Source: Anaerolineae bacterium
GTDB taxonomy: Bacteria > Chloroflexota > Anaerolineae > UBA1429
NCBI GenBank assembly: GCA_963675785.1
Contig: OY776562.1
Coordinates: 1,568,001-1,632,000, forward strand
Reading direction: 5' to 3'
DNA: 64,000 nt
Position numbers and translations under genes: made by a program
The notes under the pieces: generated by a model
What the model was told of the DNA's origin: nothing
What the model saw: the letters and a program-made list of their open reading frames with translations, nothing else
The model's database searches: none
Shown: piece after piece, positions 1 through 9,539 of the stretch
Layout: the number at the start of each line of letters is the position of its first letter
Position numbering within the stretch: the first letter of the stretch is position 1

Positions 1-798
1 CTCGGTTCCGCCGTTATGGACCCGCTCTACCCAGGGCTGTTGAGCGATGAGCGCCTCCAGGCTTGCCACCTGGTCGGCGCTCTCATGCGCCACCTCTAGC
101 ACGGCCTCGTCTACAGCATAGCGGTCGAGCAGTTCCTGACGAGGCAGCACAAACAGCAGCCTCCCCTTGTGGATGACCCCCACCGTATCGCAGATGCGGT
201 CCACATCGGCGATGATATGGCTGGAAAGGAACACCGTGACGCTGCCGCGCAACCGGCTGATCATCTCCAACACCTCATGGCGGCCTGCGGGGTCCAAGGC
301 ACTGGTGGGTTCGTCCAAAAAGAGCACCGACGGTTCATGGATGAGGGCCTGGGCCACACCCAAACGCTGTTTCATGCCGCCCGAATAGCCCTGCACACGG
401 CGATCGGCCGCCTCTTTCAGATTGACCAGTTCCAACAGTTCATCGGTGCGGCGATTGCGGTTACCAACCGAAAGGCCGTATAGACCGCCAACATAGTCCA
501 GATACTCACGGCCCGTCATCCAGCCATAAAAAGCAGATTCCTGCGGCAAATAGCCATAGGCCGCACGCGAGCGGCCATCACCCGCCGTCACCTGGCAGCC
601 GGCCACCCAAGCCGAGCCATACGTGGGCCGAGCCAAGCCGGTGAGCAGGCGCATGGTGGTGGTTTTGCCGGCGCCATTGCGCCCCAAAAAGCCAAATATC
701 GAGCCGTGCTGCACTTCTAAATCGAGATCATCCAGGGCTAACACATCGCCATAACGGCGGGTCAGGTGGCTGGTGCGCACTGCCAGTTCAGCAGCCAT
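1..798 (-). CDS. ABC transporter ATP-binding protein (multidrug/ABC-2 type), 3' end runs off window
   Basis: Not in ORF track. Translated from ATG at 798: Walker A GRNGAGKTT, signature YSGGMKQR, Walker B LFLDEP. Confidence 0.92.
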   Translation of the reverse strand, partial: MAAELAVRTSHLTRRYGDVLALDDLDLEVQHGSIFGFLGRNGAGKTTTMRLLTGLARPTYGSAWVAGCQVTAGDGRSRAAYGYLPQESAFYGWMTGREYLDYVGGLYGLSVGNRNRRTDELLELVNLKEAADRRVQGYSGGMKQRLGVAQALIHEPSVLFLDEPTSALDPAGRHEVLEMISRLRGSVTVFLSSHIIADVDRICDTVGVIHKGRLLFVLPRQELLDRYAVDEAVLEVAHESADQVASLEALIAQQPWVERVHNGGTE

Positions 799-1020
799 CT
801 AGGCCTCCTCGCGCCCGATCAACAGATACGCGATCGGACCCAACATGTTGACGAACAGAATGATCAATGCCCACATCCATTTTGGCCCCCGCGTGGGGCG
901 CTTGGTACGGATGAGGTCGATGAGGGCGTAGAGCATGAGGCCCACCTGCAGCAAAAACAAAGGCAGAATGAGTATCAGGTTGTCACGCAAAAAAGTCATG
1001 GCATCAAATCCAGTGGTCAC
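799..1020 (-). CDS. PLDc N-terminal domain small membrane protein
   Basis: Two hydrophobic helices with YALIDL..KWMWALIILFVNMLGPIAYLL. This family is commonly paired with an ABC ATPase. Confidence 0.85.
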   Translation of the reverse strand: MTTGFDAMTFLRDNLILILPLFLLQVGLMLYALIDLIRTKRPTRGPKWMWALIILFVNMLGPIAYLLIGREEA

Positions 1021-1547
1021 GTTTTATCTCCTTCAGGATGAGTGATGAAAGCAATCTTTCGGCGGCGCCGCGTTTCGCCGGGACCATTGACGAGCAACGG
1101 AGCAATCAGGCTGTTGATTCCGGCGGCAAACTCGGTCATCTCTTGCTCAGTGGCATAAAAAAATGCTTCGGTATAACCCGCTAAATCGTGCGCCAGGTCC
1201 GGCGGTTCTTCGTGCAGCACGTAGCGCTCGAAACCGTCGATCAACGAGGCAGCATAGATGACAAAAGAACGCACGTGATCCTGCGGCTGCAGGTGCTGCA
1301 CGTCTTTCTCACTGACATGGTAGGTGTCTATGAGACGATACGCCTTTTCACGCGGGTCGGTTGTGTCGATAGATTCATCGTATTCGATGAGGCCCCCATC
1401 GACGAGATGCTTGATGTGGCGATAGATAGACGAACGCGGCACCTCTGGCATGGCCTCGGCCAGGGCGTCGGTCGTAGCTGGCCCAGCAGTTAGCAACTGC
1501 AAAATGCGCAAACGCACCGGGTGAAGAATGAGGTTTGAACGGTCCAT
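1017..1547 (-). CDS. ArsR-like (HTH_20) winged-helix transcriptional regulator
   Basis: LILHPVRLRILQ..VPRSSIYRHIKHL; overlaps the next gene by 4 nt. Confidence 0.88.
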   Translation of the reverse strand: MDRSNLILHPVRLRILQLLTAGPATTDALAEAMPEVPRSSIYRHIKHLVDGGLIEYDESIDTTDPREKAYRLIDTYHVSEKDVQHLQPQDHVRSFVIYAASLIDGFERYVLHEEPPDLAHDLAGYTEAFFYATEQEMTEFAAGINSLIAPLLVNGPGETRRRRKIAFITHPEGDKT

Positions 1548-1556
1548 GTCTCACTC

Positions 1557-1605
1557 CTATTATCATTATCAATAATGATAATAGCCACTTTTAGTTTCCT
1601 GTCAA
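1557..1605 (-). promoter_or_regulatory. sigma70 promoter with 13-bp inverted-repeat operator, probably autoregulatory
   Basis: CTATTATCATTAT-ca-ATAATGATAATAG (1557-1584) overlaps the -10 of minus-strand TTGACA-N16-TATTAT. Confidence 0.75.
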
Positions 1606-1649
1606 ACCTAAAATTTGCATAAATTACGTTAATTTTTGCTTACATTTGT

Positions 1650-1678
1650 TTGACGCTTTCTTCACGCAGGACTATGCT
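1650..1678 (+). promoter_or_regulatory. sigma70 promoter
   Basis: TTGACG-N17-TATGCT upstream of ATG 1701. Confidence 0.6.
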
Positions 1679-1700
1679 AGACAAGCATGGGGGAAAGAGA

Positions 1701-2282
1701 ATGATGGAAGAGTGGACTTTTAGCTATCGCGTCAATGCTGAGGATATCCTGGAAAGCTATAACGAAGCATTTGGTGACTTTGCCCGACAAAATGGTGCTG
1801 CCGCTCTATTGGAAGGACTGTTAGGAACGCCGCTCAAACAACACATCCAAGGAGACAGCGTCCTACAGCTCTATGTTGACATCATGGAAAAGGCGCGCAC
1901 ACGAGGCAAGAGCATTGAGCTGCCCTTCCGCTGCGATTCCCCCGTTATGCGGCGTTATATGACCATGCGCGTTGAACCGTTACGCGATGGCGCCGTGCAA
2001 TTCTGGACACGCGTCGAGCGCACCGAGCGTTTCGAGCTGCCCGTTCCGCTGCTGGATACCATCACCCCGCGCAACCAGGAAACCCTGACCATGTGTGCCT
2101 GGTGTAAGAATATATTGATCGACGATGAATGGTACGAGATCGAAGATGGCGTCCGCAAACTAGAGTTGTTCGACGAACCCACCTGCCCCGAGATTACTCA
2201 CTCACTTTGCCACACATGCAATGAGACTCTGTATAAAGAACTAGCAGCACTTGACAAAGCACAAGAGGTTGAGCAAAGCTAA
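1701..2282 (+). CDS. hypothetical protein, PAS-like domain plus C-terminal CAWC..HSLCHTC motif
   Basis: ORF track 1650..2282, start moved to the ATG after the promoter; PFRCDSP and CAWCK/THSLCHTC motifs. Confidence 0.65.
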   Translation: MMEEWTFSYRVNAEDILESYNEAFGDFARQNGAAALLEGLLGTPLKQHIQGDSVLQLYVDIMEKARTRGKSIELPFRCDSPVMRRYMTMRVEPLRDGAVQFWTRVERTERFELPVPLLDTITPRNQETLTMCAWCKNILIDDEWYEIEDGVRKLELFDEPTCPEITHSLCHTCNETLYKELAALDKAQEVEQS

Positions 2283-2321
2283 ACAAGTAGGATCACTTGC
2301 CAATATCATCGGGAGAAAGCC

Positions 2322-2903
2322 GTGAGACTTTTCGATCACTTTGACCTCCTGGCTCCGCTGATGGACAGGGCGCCCGCGCCAGACCCTGACCGGATGCGGA
2401 GCCTTTTAGATTTGCCCTGCCGGGAATTGCTGCTGGACGCGGGTGGGGGTACGGGGCGAGTCATTCATCAGCTTGCCCAAGAAACTGCTGGCGTACTGGT
2501 GGTGGATATCTCGCAAGGCATGCTCAAGAAGGTATTAACCCACTACCCCAACAGCACCGACCGCGTGCACCCGCTGAGAGCCTCGGTTAACCAGCTGCCT
2601 TTCCCCGATGGAAGCTTTAGCCGCATTCTCGTCGTCGATGCCTGGCATCACTTTGCCGATCAGGCAGGAGCTGCCGATGAGCTTGTTCGTGTGCTGGCAC
2701 ACGGTGGCCGCCTCATCATTGGTGAGCCCAACGGTGACACCACCGGCGCGCGTATCATGAGCTTTATCGAGCGCCTGGCTTTGATGTACAGCCATGTGTT
2801 ACCCATCCAAGAGCTGGCCGACATGCTGCGTACCCGCGGGTTGGAGGTTACTGTGCAAATTCAGGGTATGAGCGCCACCTGCATCTGCATCAAGCCAGCA
2901 TAG
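2322..2903 (+). CDS. class I SAM-dependent methyltransferase (UbiE-like)
   Basis: LLDAGGGTG motif I, VDISQGML, LPFPDGSF. Confidence 0.88.
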   Translation: MRLFDHFDLLAPLMDRAPAPDPDRMRSLLDLPCRELLLDAGGGTGRVIHQLAQETAGVLVVDISQGMLKKVLTHYPNSTDRVHPLRASVNQLPFPDGSFSRILVVDAWHHFADQAGAADELVRVLAHGGRLIIGEPNGDTTGARIMSFIERLALMYSHVLPIQELADMLRTRGLEVTVQIQGMSATCICIKPA

Positions 2904-3095
2904 GGCATATTGGCATCAAAAGATGGTGGCAAACGTATGCCTTTGTTTGATTATGTCCACTCATATTTCCCAACCCACTGGTAGAGCCCAGCGTAAATTT
3001 CCCTACGTTTTTTGCCCGCGACGCCTTGCATAGCCCCCACAGACGCGTTAGCATGCTCCTGTTCTACCTTGTCGACCGCAGATAGAGGGGGAAAC

Positions 3096-4316
3096 ATGAC
3101 ACGCAAAGGTGATACCTGGAACGAATCGCGAACCTACCTAGACCCATTCACGCTGCGCAGGGTGCGCCAGTTCACCACCGCCGGCGCCTACAACTATCAT
3201 CCCGCCTACCATACCAGCACCGCCTGGACCGCCGACGGCAAACGATTTATCTTTATGAGCGGGCGTGCTAACAAGAGCACGATTTTTTGCGGCAATGTAG
3301 AGACCGGCGAGATCACCCAACTGCTGGATTGGGTGGACGGCTGGATGATCAACATCATCACCGGCGCCTCGGGAAATTTCAGCCACGGCGTGGGCACACC
3401 CTGCCTCGATCGGAATAGCGGCTGGGTGTACTACAGCATCGATCAAACGCTACGTGCTGTGAATATCGACACACTGGAAGAACGTACACTCATTGAGGAT
3501 TCAGGCGTGTGGGCCTATGGCACTCCCACGGTGAGTCCTGACAGCGCCTATGTGGCCGTTCCCGCCAATATTATCCCCGAGGCTATGGCCAATGTCGACC
3601 CAACCCGCCCGCTCGACACTGCCGAGGTGCGCGCCATCTATGCCGAGCCAGAGGGCAAGGGCTCGCACTATCGCATCGAAGTGATCAACACTCTGGGCGA
3701 CACCCAGCGTGAGGTTGTGTATGATGAACTCGATTCGCGCTGCAACCACCTGCAATGGAACCCGGTCAAAATGGATTGGCTGCACACCGACCGCGACATG
3801 CCCCCCGATTTTTGGGGCGGCTCTGACGGCGTGACAAACCGCGTGTGGACCCTTCATCTCCCCGATAAGCGGCTGGTCGAGCAGCCCTCGCCCAGTGGGC
3901 GCACCTTCCAAGTGCATTCCGTGTGGAGCTGGGATGGCGAAGATGTGCTTTACCATTGCCCTGGCGGACCAGGGCGCGGCGGCCCCGGTTACGTCATCGG
4001 CGTGAACGACATCGAAGGAAATAACATTGTCGAGTGGGGCAGCGACGCCTGGACCAACTATGGTCATGTGGGCGCTGTAGCCGGGCGTAAGGCGGTCATG
4101 ATCGACGGCAACATCACCAACGACATGATTTTGTGGCTGTATTATGACGATCCCAAGCATCTGCGCATCGAGGCCATCTGCAAGCACGGCACCAACTGGG
4201 GCGGCAGCGAGTGGCAGTATCCGCATCCGCACCCACAGTGCGACCCAACCGGCAGCCGCATCGTCTACAACGCCGCCGCTGGCGGGCGTAGCGATGTGTT
4301 CGTGGTAGAGATCTAG
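3096..4316 (+). CDS. oligogalacturonate lyase-family beta-propeller protein
   Basis: YLDPFT..VRQFT, AWTADGKRFIF, NHLQWNP and C-terminal HPHPQ; no signal peptide; start after GAGGGGG RBS. Confidence 0.7.
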   Translation: MTRKGDTWNESRTYLDPFTLRRVRQFTTAGAYNYHPAYHTSTAWTADGKRFIFMSGRANKSTIFCGNVETGEITQLLDWVDGWMINIITGASGNFSHGVGTPCLDRNSGWVYYSIDQTLRAVNIDTLEERTLIEDSGVWAYGTPTVSPDSAYVAVPANIIPEAMANVDPTRPLDTAEVRAIYAEPEGKGSHYRIEVINTLGDTQREVVYDELDSRCNHLQWNPVKMDWLHTDRDMPPDFWGGSDGVTNRVWTLHLPDKRLVEQPSPSGRTFQVHSVWSWDGEDVLYHCPGGPGRGGPGYVIGVNDIEGNNIVEWGSDAWTNYGHVGAVAGRKAVMIDGNITNDMILWLYYDDPKHLRIEAICKHGTNWGGSEWQYPHPHPQCDPTGSRIVYNAAAGGRSDVFVVEI

Positions 4317-4419
4317 CGAGGAACCAAGCCAGTTACAGAGGCGTCTTGTGGGCGACCAGATTATTCTTCCTCTGGTCGCCCCTTTCAAAAAGATGCCCCA
4401 GGGCTGGAGGAGACCAAAT

Positions 4420-5031
4420 ATGACGCGATTCGACAAGTACCTAGGGTATTTCATCTTGGGCCCAATTGCTCCACTACTGTTTCTGATCATCGGTTGGTGG
4501 AGCAGTCTCTCCTTTGTGGCGGAAGAGTACGTCCGCTGGTACGCCCTGGCGGGCTGGGGGCTGGGCTGCACGCTCGACTTCCTTTTTCTTCCCCGCTGGG
4601 TAGCCCGCTTCTACGACCTCTCTCCTCTGGCCTATATGCTAATCTATTTCTTTTACTCGATCGGCGTCTATGGCATGTTCATGGGGTTCCCTGTGATAAA
4701 CCTGGTGCCGGGAATTGCCGCCGGCCTCTATATGGGGCGCAGGTATCTCGCTGACCCCCTCAAAAAGAGAGAGCGAATTCTCAAACGCACCAGTTGGTTC
4801 ACCACTCTGGTGATTGCCATAGTTTGCTGCACCACTGCATGGATGGCCATCAACGAACCTACCATGCCGCTCGAATTGCAGGGCATGTTGGGGTTACCCT
4901 TTACTGTGACCTGGACGATGATCTATTGGTTGATTGGAGTCGGCGGCATCCTGCTCATCGCCGTCCAATATGGGCTTACACTCCTCGCTGGGAAACTGGC
5001 CATGAGGCGAGGCGCTCTCCTGCCCGCATGA
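4420..5031 (+). CDS. hypothetical integral membrane protein
   Basis: About 6 hydrophobic segments; GGAG RBS before ATG 4420. Confidence 0.7.
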   Translation: MTRFDKYLGYFILGPIAPLLFLIIGWWSSLSFVAEEYVRWYALAGWGLGCTLDFLFLPRWVARFYDLSPLAYMLIYFFYSIGVYGMFMGFPVINLVPGIAAGLYMGRRYLADPLKKRERILKRTSWFTTLVIAIVCCTTAWMAINEPTMPLELQGMLGLPFTVTWTMIYWLIGVGGILLIAVQYGLTLLAGKLAMRRGALLPA

Positions 5032-5034
5032 CAC

Positions 5035-5078
5035 AAAAGCAGCCAACAAGGTTAAGGGCTTTGTTGGCTGCTTTATTT
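5035..5078 (+). terminator. intrinsic terminator between convergent genes
   Basis: AAAGCAGCCAACAA..TTGTTGGCTGCTTT hairpin. Confidence 0.7.
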
Positions 5079-5153
5079 CAACACAGAACTGGCTTGTCTG
5101 GAAAACTTTGACTGCTCGTGATCTTGTTATACAGCAGCCGATTCAGCGAAACC

Positions 5154-5927
5154 TCATCCCAGTAGTGTACGGCGCACATCTTCGATGCGCACCAAACCAC
5201 AAGCATGCATCTCTTCTAACAGGGCAGTCGCCTCGCGTTCATCCTCGGCACTAACCAGTGCTGATGCGCCGTTGCGGTGAAAAGTCCCCAGCCCATCGCC
5301 AGCCCACAACAAGAACTCGCCTTCATAAACATGGCGCACCCAACGGTGCACACCACCGGCAATGGCGCGTTCTGCACCCAGATAAAGCTTGAGCTGCACC
5401 GCTGCCAAGTCGGCAGGCTCTACATCGTTTTCTATCCCCTGGGGTGTACCCACGTGTGCGCAAAGCTGCGTGCGGGTCTCGTGAAGGGTATCTGCATGCA
5501 GATTCGTAGCGATGAGATGCCCAGCACCGGCCAGTGCAAAAAAGCTGCGGGCCTGCGGGCCCCAAACATAGGCATAGTAACTGCCAGCACCGACCTCGTG
5601 GGCCACATAGCAAGTACGCAGTCCATTGGAAGCCACAATGGGGGCCGAAAGTGCAGCATCGAGTACGGATGAGCTGCCTACAGCCTTTAGCGATACATCA
5701 TCGGGCACCAGATTGAGCAGCGCACACATGACGGTGGTTTTGCCAGCACCGCCAAACTTTGCCCCTACTAGCAAGCTGACGCCTCGCCGCATGACCGCCA
5801 ACAGGTAGGCAGCCAAGGGTAAATCCACTGAGCCAGCCTCCCACAAATCTATGATGGAGAGCATTCGTCCACCCCGCTGGTTGCAGGCGTTCAAGGCACT
5901 CACATGAGCATTTAGATCAGCTTGCAT
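5154..5927 (-). CDS. short VirB11/TadA-like P-loop ATPase
   Basis: Walker A GAKFGGAGKTT, Walker B-like YVAHEVG, His-box-like ATNLHA. Confidence 0.7.
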   Translation of the reverse strand: MQADLNAHVSALNACNQRGGRMLSIIDLWEAGSVDLPLAAYLLAVMRRGVSLLVGAKFGGAGKTTVMCALLNLVPDDVSLKAVGSSSVLDAALSAPIVASNGLRTCYVAHEVGAGSYYAYVWGPQARSFFALAGAGHLIATNLHADTLHETRTQLCAHVGTPQGIENDVEPADLAAVQLKLYLGAERAIAGGVHRWVRHVYEGEFLLWAGDGLGTFHRNGASALVSAEDEREATALLEEMHACGLVRIEDVRRTLLG

Positions 5928-5988
5928 ATAGTCTCCTAAATAAAAGCAGCAGGCCAGGCATACCGGCCTGCTGCCAAATCGATAAAGT

Positions 5989-6828
5989 TCAACTACGATG
6001 GGCCATCATCCAATCGTACACAGCCTGGTAAACCTCAAATCGAGCCGAGGGCTCATTGTGAATCTCGTGATACAGGCCGGGCCAAATGCGCAACGTGGTT
6101 TGGGTGCTGGCACGGGCGGCAAATTTCTTGCTGCCCTCCGGCGAGGTGATATGGTCATCGCCGCCGTGCATGAGCAGCAGAGGCAGATTGAGTTCAGAAG
6201 CATGTTCCAAGGCGTAATCGGCAGCATCATTGAGCGAGCCATAGAGCCCCAGGGTTACATCGCTGTGGTTAAGAGGGTCCTCGTCGGTCAACATGGCCCA
6301 TTCAGCGTCATGTGACATGCCCCCGGTATCCAAGTTGGACTGTTGCGTAAAAGTAGGCCAGATGCTGCGGAGGACGCTGGCCATAACTTTTTGCCAGCCG
6401 GGTAGTTGAAAGCCCAGAATAAGCCAGGGCCCGGTGGCGATGATCCCTTCCACCTCCGGCGATTGGCGCAAGGCATAGTTTAGCACAATATTGCCGCCCA
6501 TGCTGTGCCCGTAAAGAAATCCCTTGTTCTCACAAGGTACATGCTCGCGCCCTGCGGCAATGACCCGGGTGAGATCGTCCATGAGCGAATCATAATCGGG
6601 CGAATGACCGCGTTTGCCCTGCGATTTACCATGACCGCGCAGATCAAAAGCTGCTACAGCCACGCCTCTCTCGCAAAACCACTCTGCCATGCGATCGTAG
6701 CGGGTAGAATGCTCACCGATGCCGTGCACAAAATGAATGATCTCGACAGTATCACCTTCGGGCAGCCAGGCATGTCCATAGAGCTCGAGGCCGTCATGGG
6801 TCATGATTGGATATTCGATGTGCTTCAT
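5989..6828 (-). CDS. alpha/beta hydrolase, lysophospholipase/monoglyceride lipase family
   Basis: VHGIGEH, DLRGHG, GHSMGG, YHEIHNE. Confidence 0.92.
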   Translation of the reverse strand: MKHIEYPIMTHDGLELYGHAWLPEGDTVEIIHFVHGIGEHSTRYDRMAEWFCERGVAVAAFDLRGHGKSQGKRGHSPDYDSLMDDLTRVIAAGREHVPCENKGFLYGHSMGGNIVLNYALRQSPEVEGIIATGPWLILGFQLPGWQKVMASVLRSIWPTFTQQSNLDTGGMSHDAEWAMLTDEDPLNHSDVTLGLYGSLNDAADYALEHASELNLPLLLMHGGDDHITSPEGSKKFAARASTQTTLRIWPGLYHEIHNEPSARFEVYQAVYDWMMAHRS

Positions 6829-6834
6829 TGAATG

Positions 6835-7854
6835 TCAGCCCTCCTGCGATGCCCAAAAGCGATTGAGTGCCTGCATGGTATCGGCCAGAGCGTCAATCTG
6901 CGGCAATCCAGCCGACGGAGCAATACGGTCAGTATGCCAATTGGTATGCTCTTGCACAAAAGACCCCAGGCTCTCAAAAGATGTATTGGGATCCTGGTCA
7001 TAGATAACCTGCACTGGCACATCGAGTTGCGCATAGACCTTGTTGCGAACGCCTGGCGTGAACAGCTTGCCGCTTAAGAAGGTCATGGGCGCATATTGTG
7101 CCCCAAGCTGATGGGCCGTATCGTAGGCGTAATCCACCAGTTCGTCATCCAGTGGGCCTACCAGGTTCTTGCGCAAGAACCATTCAATGCTGGGGCGCGT
7201 GGTGAGCAAATCATAAAGAGGCCGAGACCAGATGGGCGCACTTAGTGCACGATGCACCCAATCCGATACCTCACCATAACGAGTCAGGGGTACCTGGTCA
7301 AGTGCAGCAGCCCTGGTGCCAAACCCTGTTGGCGAGATGAGCGTCAGGCTGTGAAAAGCCTCAGGGTGTTCGAGGGCAGCCATCGCTGCAAACTCGCTGG
7401 TCAGGGAGAGGGCCACCACATCGGCTGGTTCCTGAACCATGCGCTGCAGCAGATCGAGGATGGCATTCACATAGAGACGCGGTGTATAGCGCTTGTGCTT
7501 GCGATAGGAGAATCCAAAGCCAGGCAGATCCAGCGCCCAAACGGGCCGTTGACTTGCATAAGCATCAAAGAGCGAGCGCATCTCGCGGGGTGAGGGGGCT
7601 GCGTGAATAGCGTGCAGCAAAACCAAGGGGCGACCACCATCCTGGCGGCGATGGTACACGTGCAGCCGGCCCGAGCGCTCGGTGGAGAACATGGTACGAT
7701 CCGCATTGATGGCTGGAGCCAGGGGCACATCGTGCTCGATATAAAAATGGCTATAGGCTAACCAGGCGCCTGCTGCAACGGCCGGCAGTGTCAGGAGACC
7801 CAGGCCGCCGCATCGTCGTTGACGCTTTTGCGTTCGCTCTTGAACTCTTGCCAC
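6835..7854 (-). CDS. alpha/beta hydrolase fold protein with N-terminal membrane anchor
   Basis: PLVLLH, DLPGFGFS; atypical nucleophile elbow ALSLT. Confidence 0.82.
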   Translation of the reverse strand: MARVQERTQKRQRRCGGLGLLTLPAVAAGAWLAYSHFYIEHDVPLAPAINADRTMFSTERSGRLHVYHRRQDGGRPLVLLHAIHAAPSPREMRSLFDAYASQRPVWALDLPGFGFSYRKHKRYTPRLYVNAILDLLQRMVQEPADVVALSLTSEFAAMAALEHPEAFHSLTLISPTGFGTRAAALDQVPLTRYGEVSDWVHRALSAPIWSRPLYDLLTTRPSIEWFLRKNLVGPLDDELVDYAYDTAHQLGAQYAPMTFLSGKLFTPGVRNKVYAQLDVPVQVIYDQDPNTSFESLGSFVQEHTNWHTDRIAPSAGLPQIDALADTMQALNRFWASQEG

Positions 7855-7915
7855 GAGTGCCTCCTCTTTTTCTATTCTTTACCATGATACAACCGCAAGC
7901 CGCAGGGCTCAAGTG

Positions 7916-9088
7916 CTAAATGTAACGATTGAGCCGGTCATCGATCCCGGTCAGACGGTGAAAGGTGATGGCATTGGAATCGTGAAAGTTGTGTGCGCCG
8001 TGATAAGCTCGGCGAACAAGGTAAAGCAGATCGTCGCCATCAAACAGCCAATCTACATACTGAAAGCCCACCTGGGCGATAGATTCGTCGCCATCCAGCG
8101 AATCGTCAATGATGAGCGTTTCGGCAACCTTCCAGTGCCACAGATCACGTGAGACGCTGAGTGAAAGCACGTTGCGCTGGCGCGGTTTGGCGGGCACAGT
8201 GTTGTTGTTCACCAGGGAGACATAAAGACCGGTGGGCTCGTGCCGACGAATGACAAATTTGGTCATACCGCCGGGGAATGAGAAAAGCACACCTTGAGCG
8301 GGAGCAGAGAGTTGTGTGCCATCTGGCGAGAGAGACAAACGAGCGGCCAGATCGACCCGCGGCTCGCTGTGAACGCGCAGCACATCCCACAGGCCGCCCT
8401 GGGGATCAACTACCACATTGCCCTCTAGCCAGCTTGGATCAAGCATACCAGCCAGCTCTTGTGGATCCACACTCTCTTCCAAGTCCACCGGATTGGTCAT
8501 GGTCCAATTAGCGGCCTGCAATAGATCGCTATCCTGCGCAGCCGAGATCACCACAGCCCCAAAACGGCGGCGGTGCAGGTCACGATTACGCGACTCAAAG
8601 GCGCGGTAGATACGCCCATTGGCCTTTACCACCGATACCGGCGCACCATGGTACGAAGGAGGCTCTTTGCCGGGGCCAGCAGAGAATAGCAAGCCGCTGT
8701 TCTCGTCAAGGGGACGCGACCAGGTATAGCCGCCATCCGCGCTGCACCAAATAACAATAGCGCCATATTCGGCTGAACAGCCCAACAGATAGGCGGCACC
8801 ATTATGTTCAAAAAGGCTGGCCCAGTAAGCACCGGGCAGGTGATTGATCTCGATCCAGGTACGCCCCTCATCCTCCGAGCGATAGACGCTGGTAAGAAAC
8901 TCCATGGCGTAAGGATTGTGAGGGGAACCAGGGCCAAAATAGTCGTGGCAAACGAGCAAGGCACCATCGGCCAGACGAAGCAGAGTCGGGCTACCCAGGT
9001 AGGTGCACGTTCGGGCATCCAAGTAACGCACGATGCTGACATAGCCGCAGTGCGAGCCCTCAGGAGGATAGTCTTGGCTAAAAGACAT
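7916..9088 (-). CDS. sialidase/BNR Asp-box repeat protein
   Basis: Asp boxes SEDEGRTW, SADGGYTW, SRDLWHW. True start MSFSQ at 9088; the longer ORF overlaps the HIT gene. Confidence 0.8.
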   Translation of the reverse strand: MSFSQDYPPEGSHCGYVSIVRYLDARTCTYLGSPTLLRLADGALLVCHDYFGPGSPHNPYAMEFLTSVYRSEDEGRTWIEINHLPGAYWASLFEHNGAAYLLGCSAEYGAIVIWCSADGGYTWSRPLDENSGLLFSAGPGKEPPSYHGAPVSVVKANGRIYRAFESRNRDLHRRRFGAVVISAAQDSDLLQAANWTMTNPVDLEESVDPQELAGMLDPSWLEGNVVVDPQGGLWDVLRVHSEPRVDLAARLSLSPDGTQLSAPAQGVLFSFPGGMTKFVIRRHEPTGLYVSLVNNNTVPAKPRQRNVLSLSVSRDLWHWKVAETLIIDDSLDGDESIAQVGFQYVDWLFDGDDLLYLVRRAYHGAHNFHDSNAITFHRLTGIDDRLNRYI

Positions 9089-9089
9089 G

Positions 9090-9536
9090 CTACACACTTT
9101 CTTGACAGTCAGCGAGAGTCCTGGCAAGCACAGCAGCCATTGCATCCAACTGAGCACGGGGTGCATGCGTATAAGGGCCATCGACATGGACATGAAATGG
9201 ATCACCGACATATCGCGGGATGACATGCAGATGGACGTGAAAAACATCCTGACCAGCCACAGTGCCATTGGCCAGCCACAGGTTGACTCCTTCGCAGCGC
9301 ACGCCGCCTTTGCCATCAAGCAGTACCTGAGCAATGCGCTGAGCCACCACAAACATCTGAGCACCCGTCGCGGGCGGCAGATCGGTGAGGTCGCAGGCAT
9401 GGATTACGGGGATAACCAGCACATGGCCGGGCGTGATGGGCTGAATATCCATCATGGCCATTATCAGCTCATCGCGATAGATAATACTGGCGGGTTGTTC
9501 TCCCGCCAGTATCTCGCAGAATATGCAAGGGTGCAT
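9090..9536 (-). CDS. HIT family nucleotide hydrolase
   Basis: CIFC, GHVLVIP, HVHLHV histidine triad. Confidence 0.95.
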   Translation of the reverse strand: MHPCIFCEILAGEQPASIIYRDELIMAMMDIQPITPGHVLVIPVIHACDLTDLPPATGAQMFVVAQRIAQVLLDGKGGVRCEGVNLWLANGTVAGQDVFHVHLHVIPRYVGDPFHVHVDGPYTHAPRAQLDAMAAVLARTLADCQESV

Positions 9537-9539
9537 GGG

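Noticed and set aside
1557-1584. Fur box
   Set aside because: It shares GATAAT hexamers but the symmetry differs from the 19-bp Fur consensus, and the adjacent HTH gene is a simpler explanation.
3501-4571. 356-aa minus-strand ORF, and similar long shadow ORFs at 27962-29128, 31560-32504 and 57703-58464
   Set aside because: They are antisense to well-supported genes and have no motifs; expected from GC-rich codon bias.
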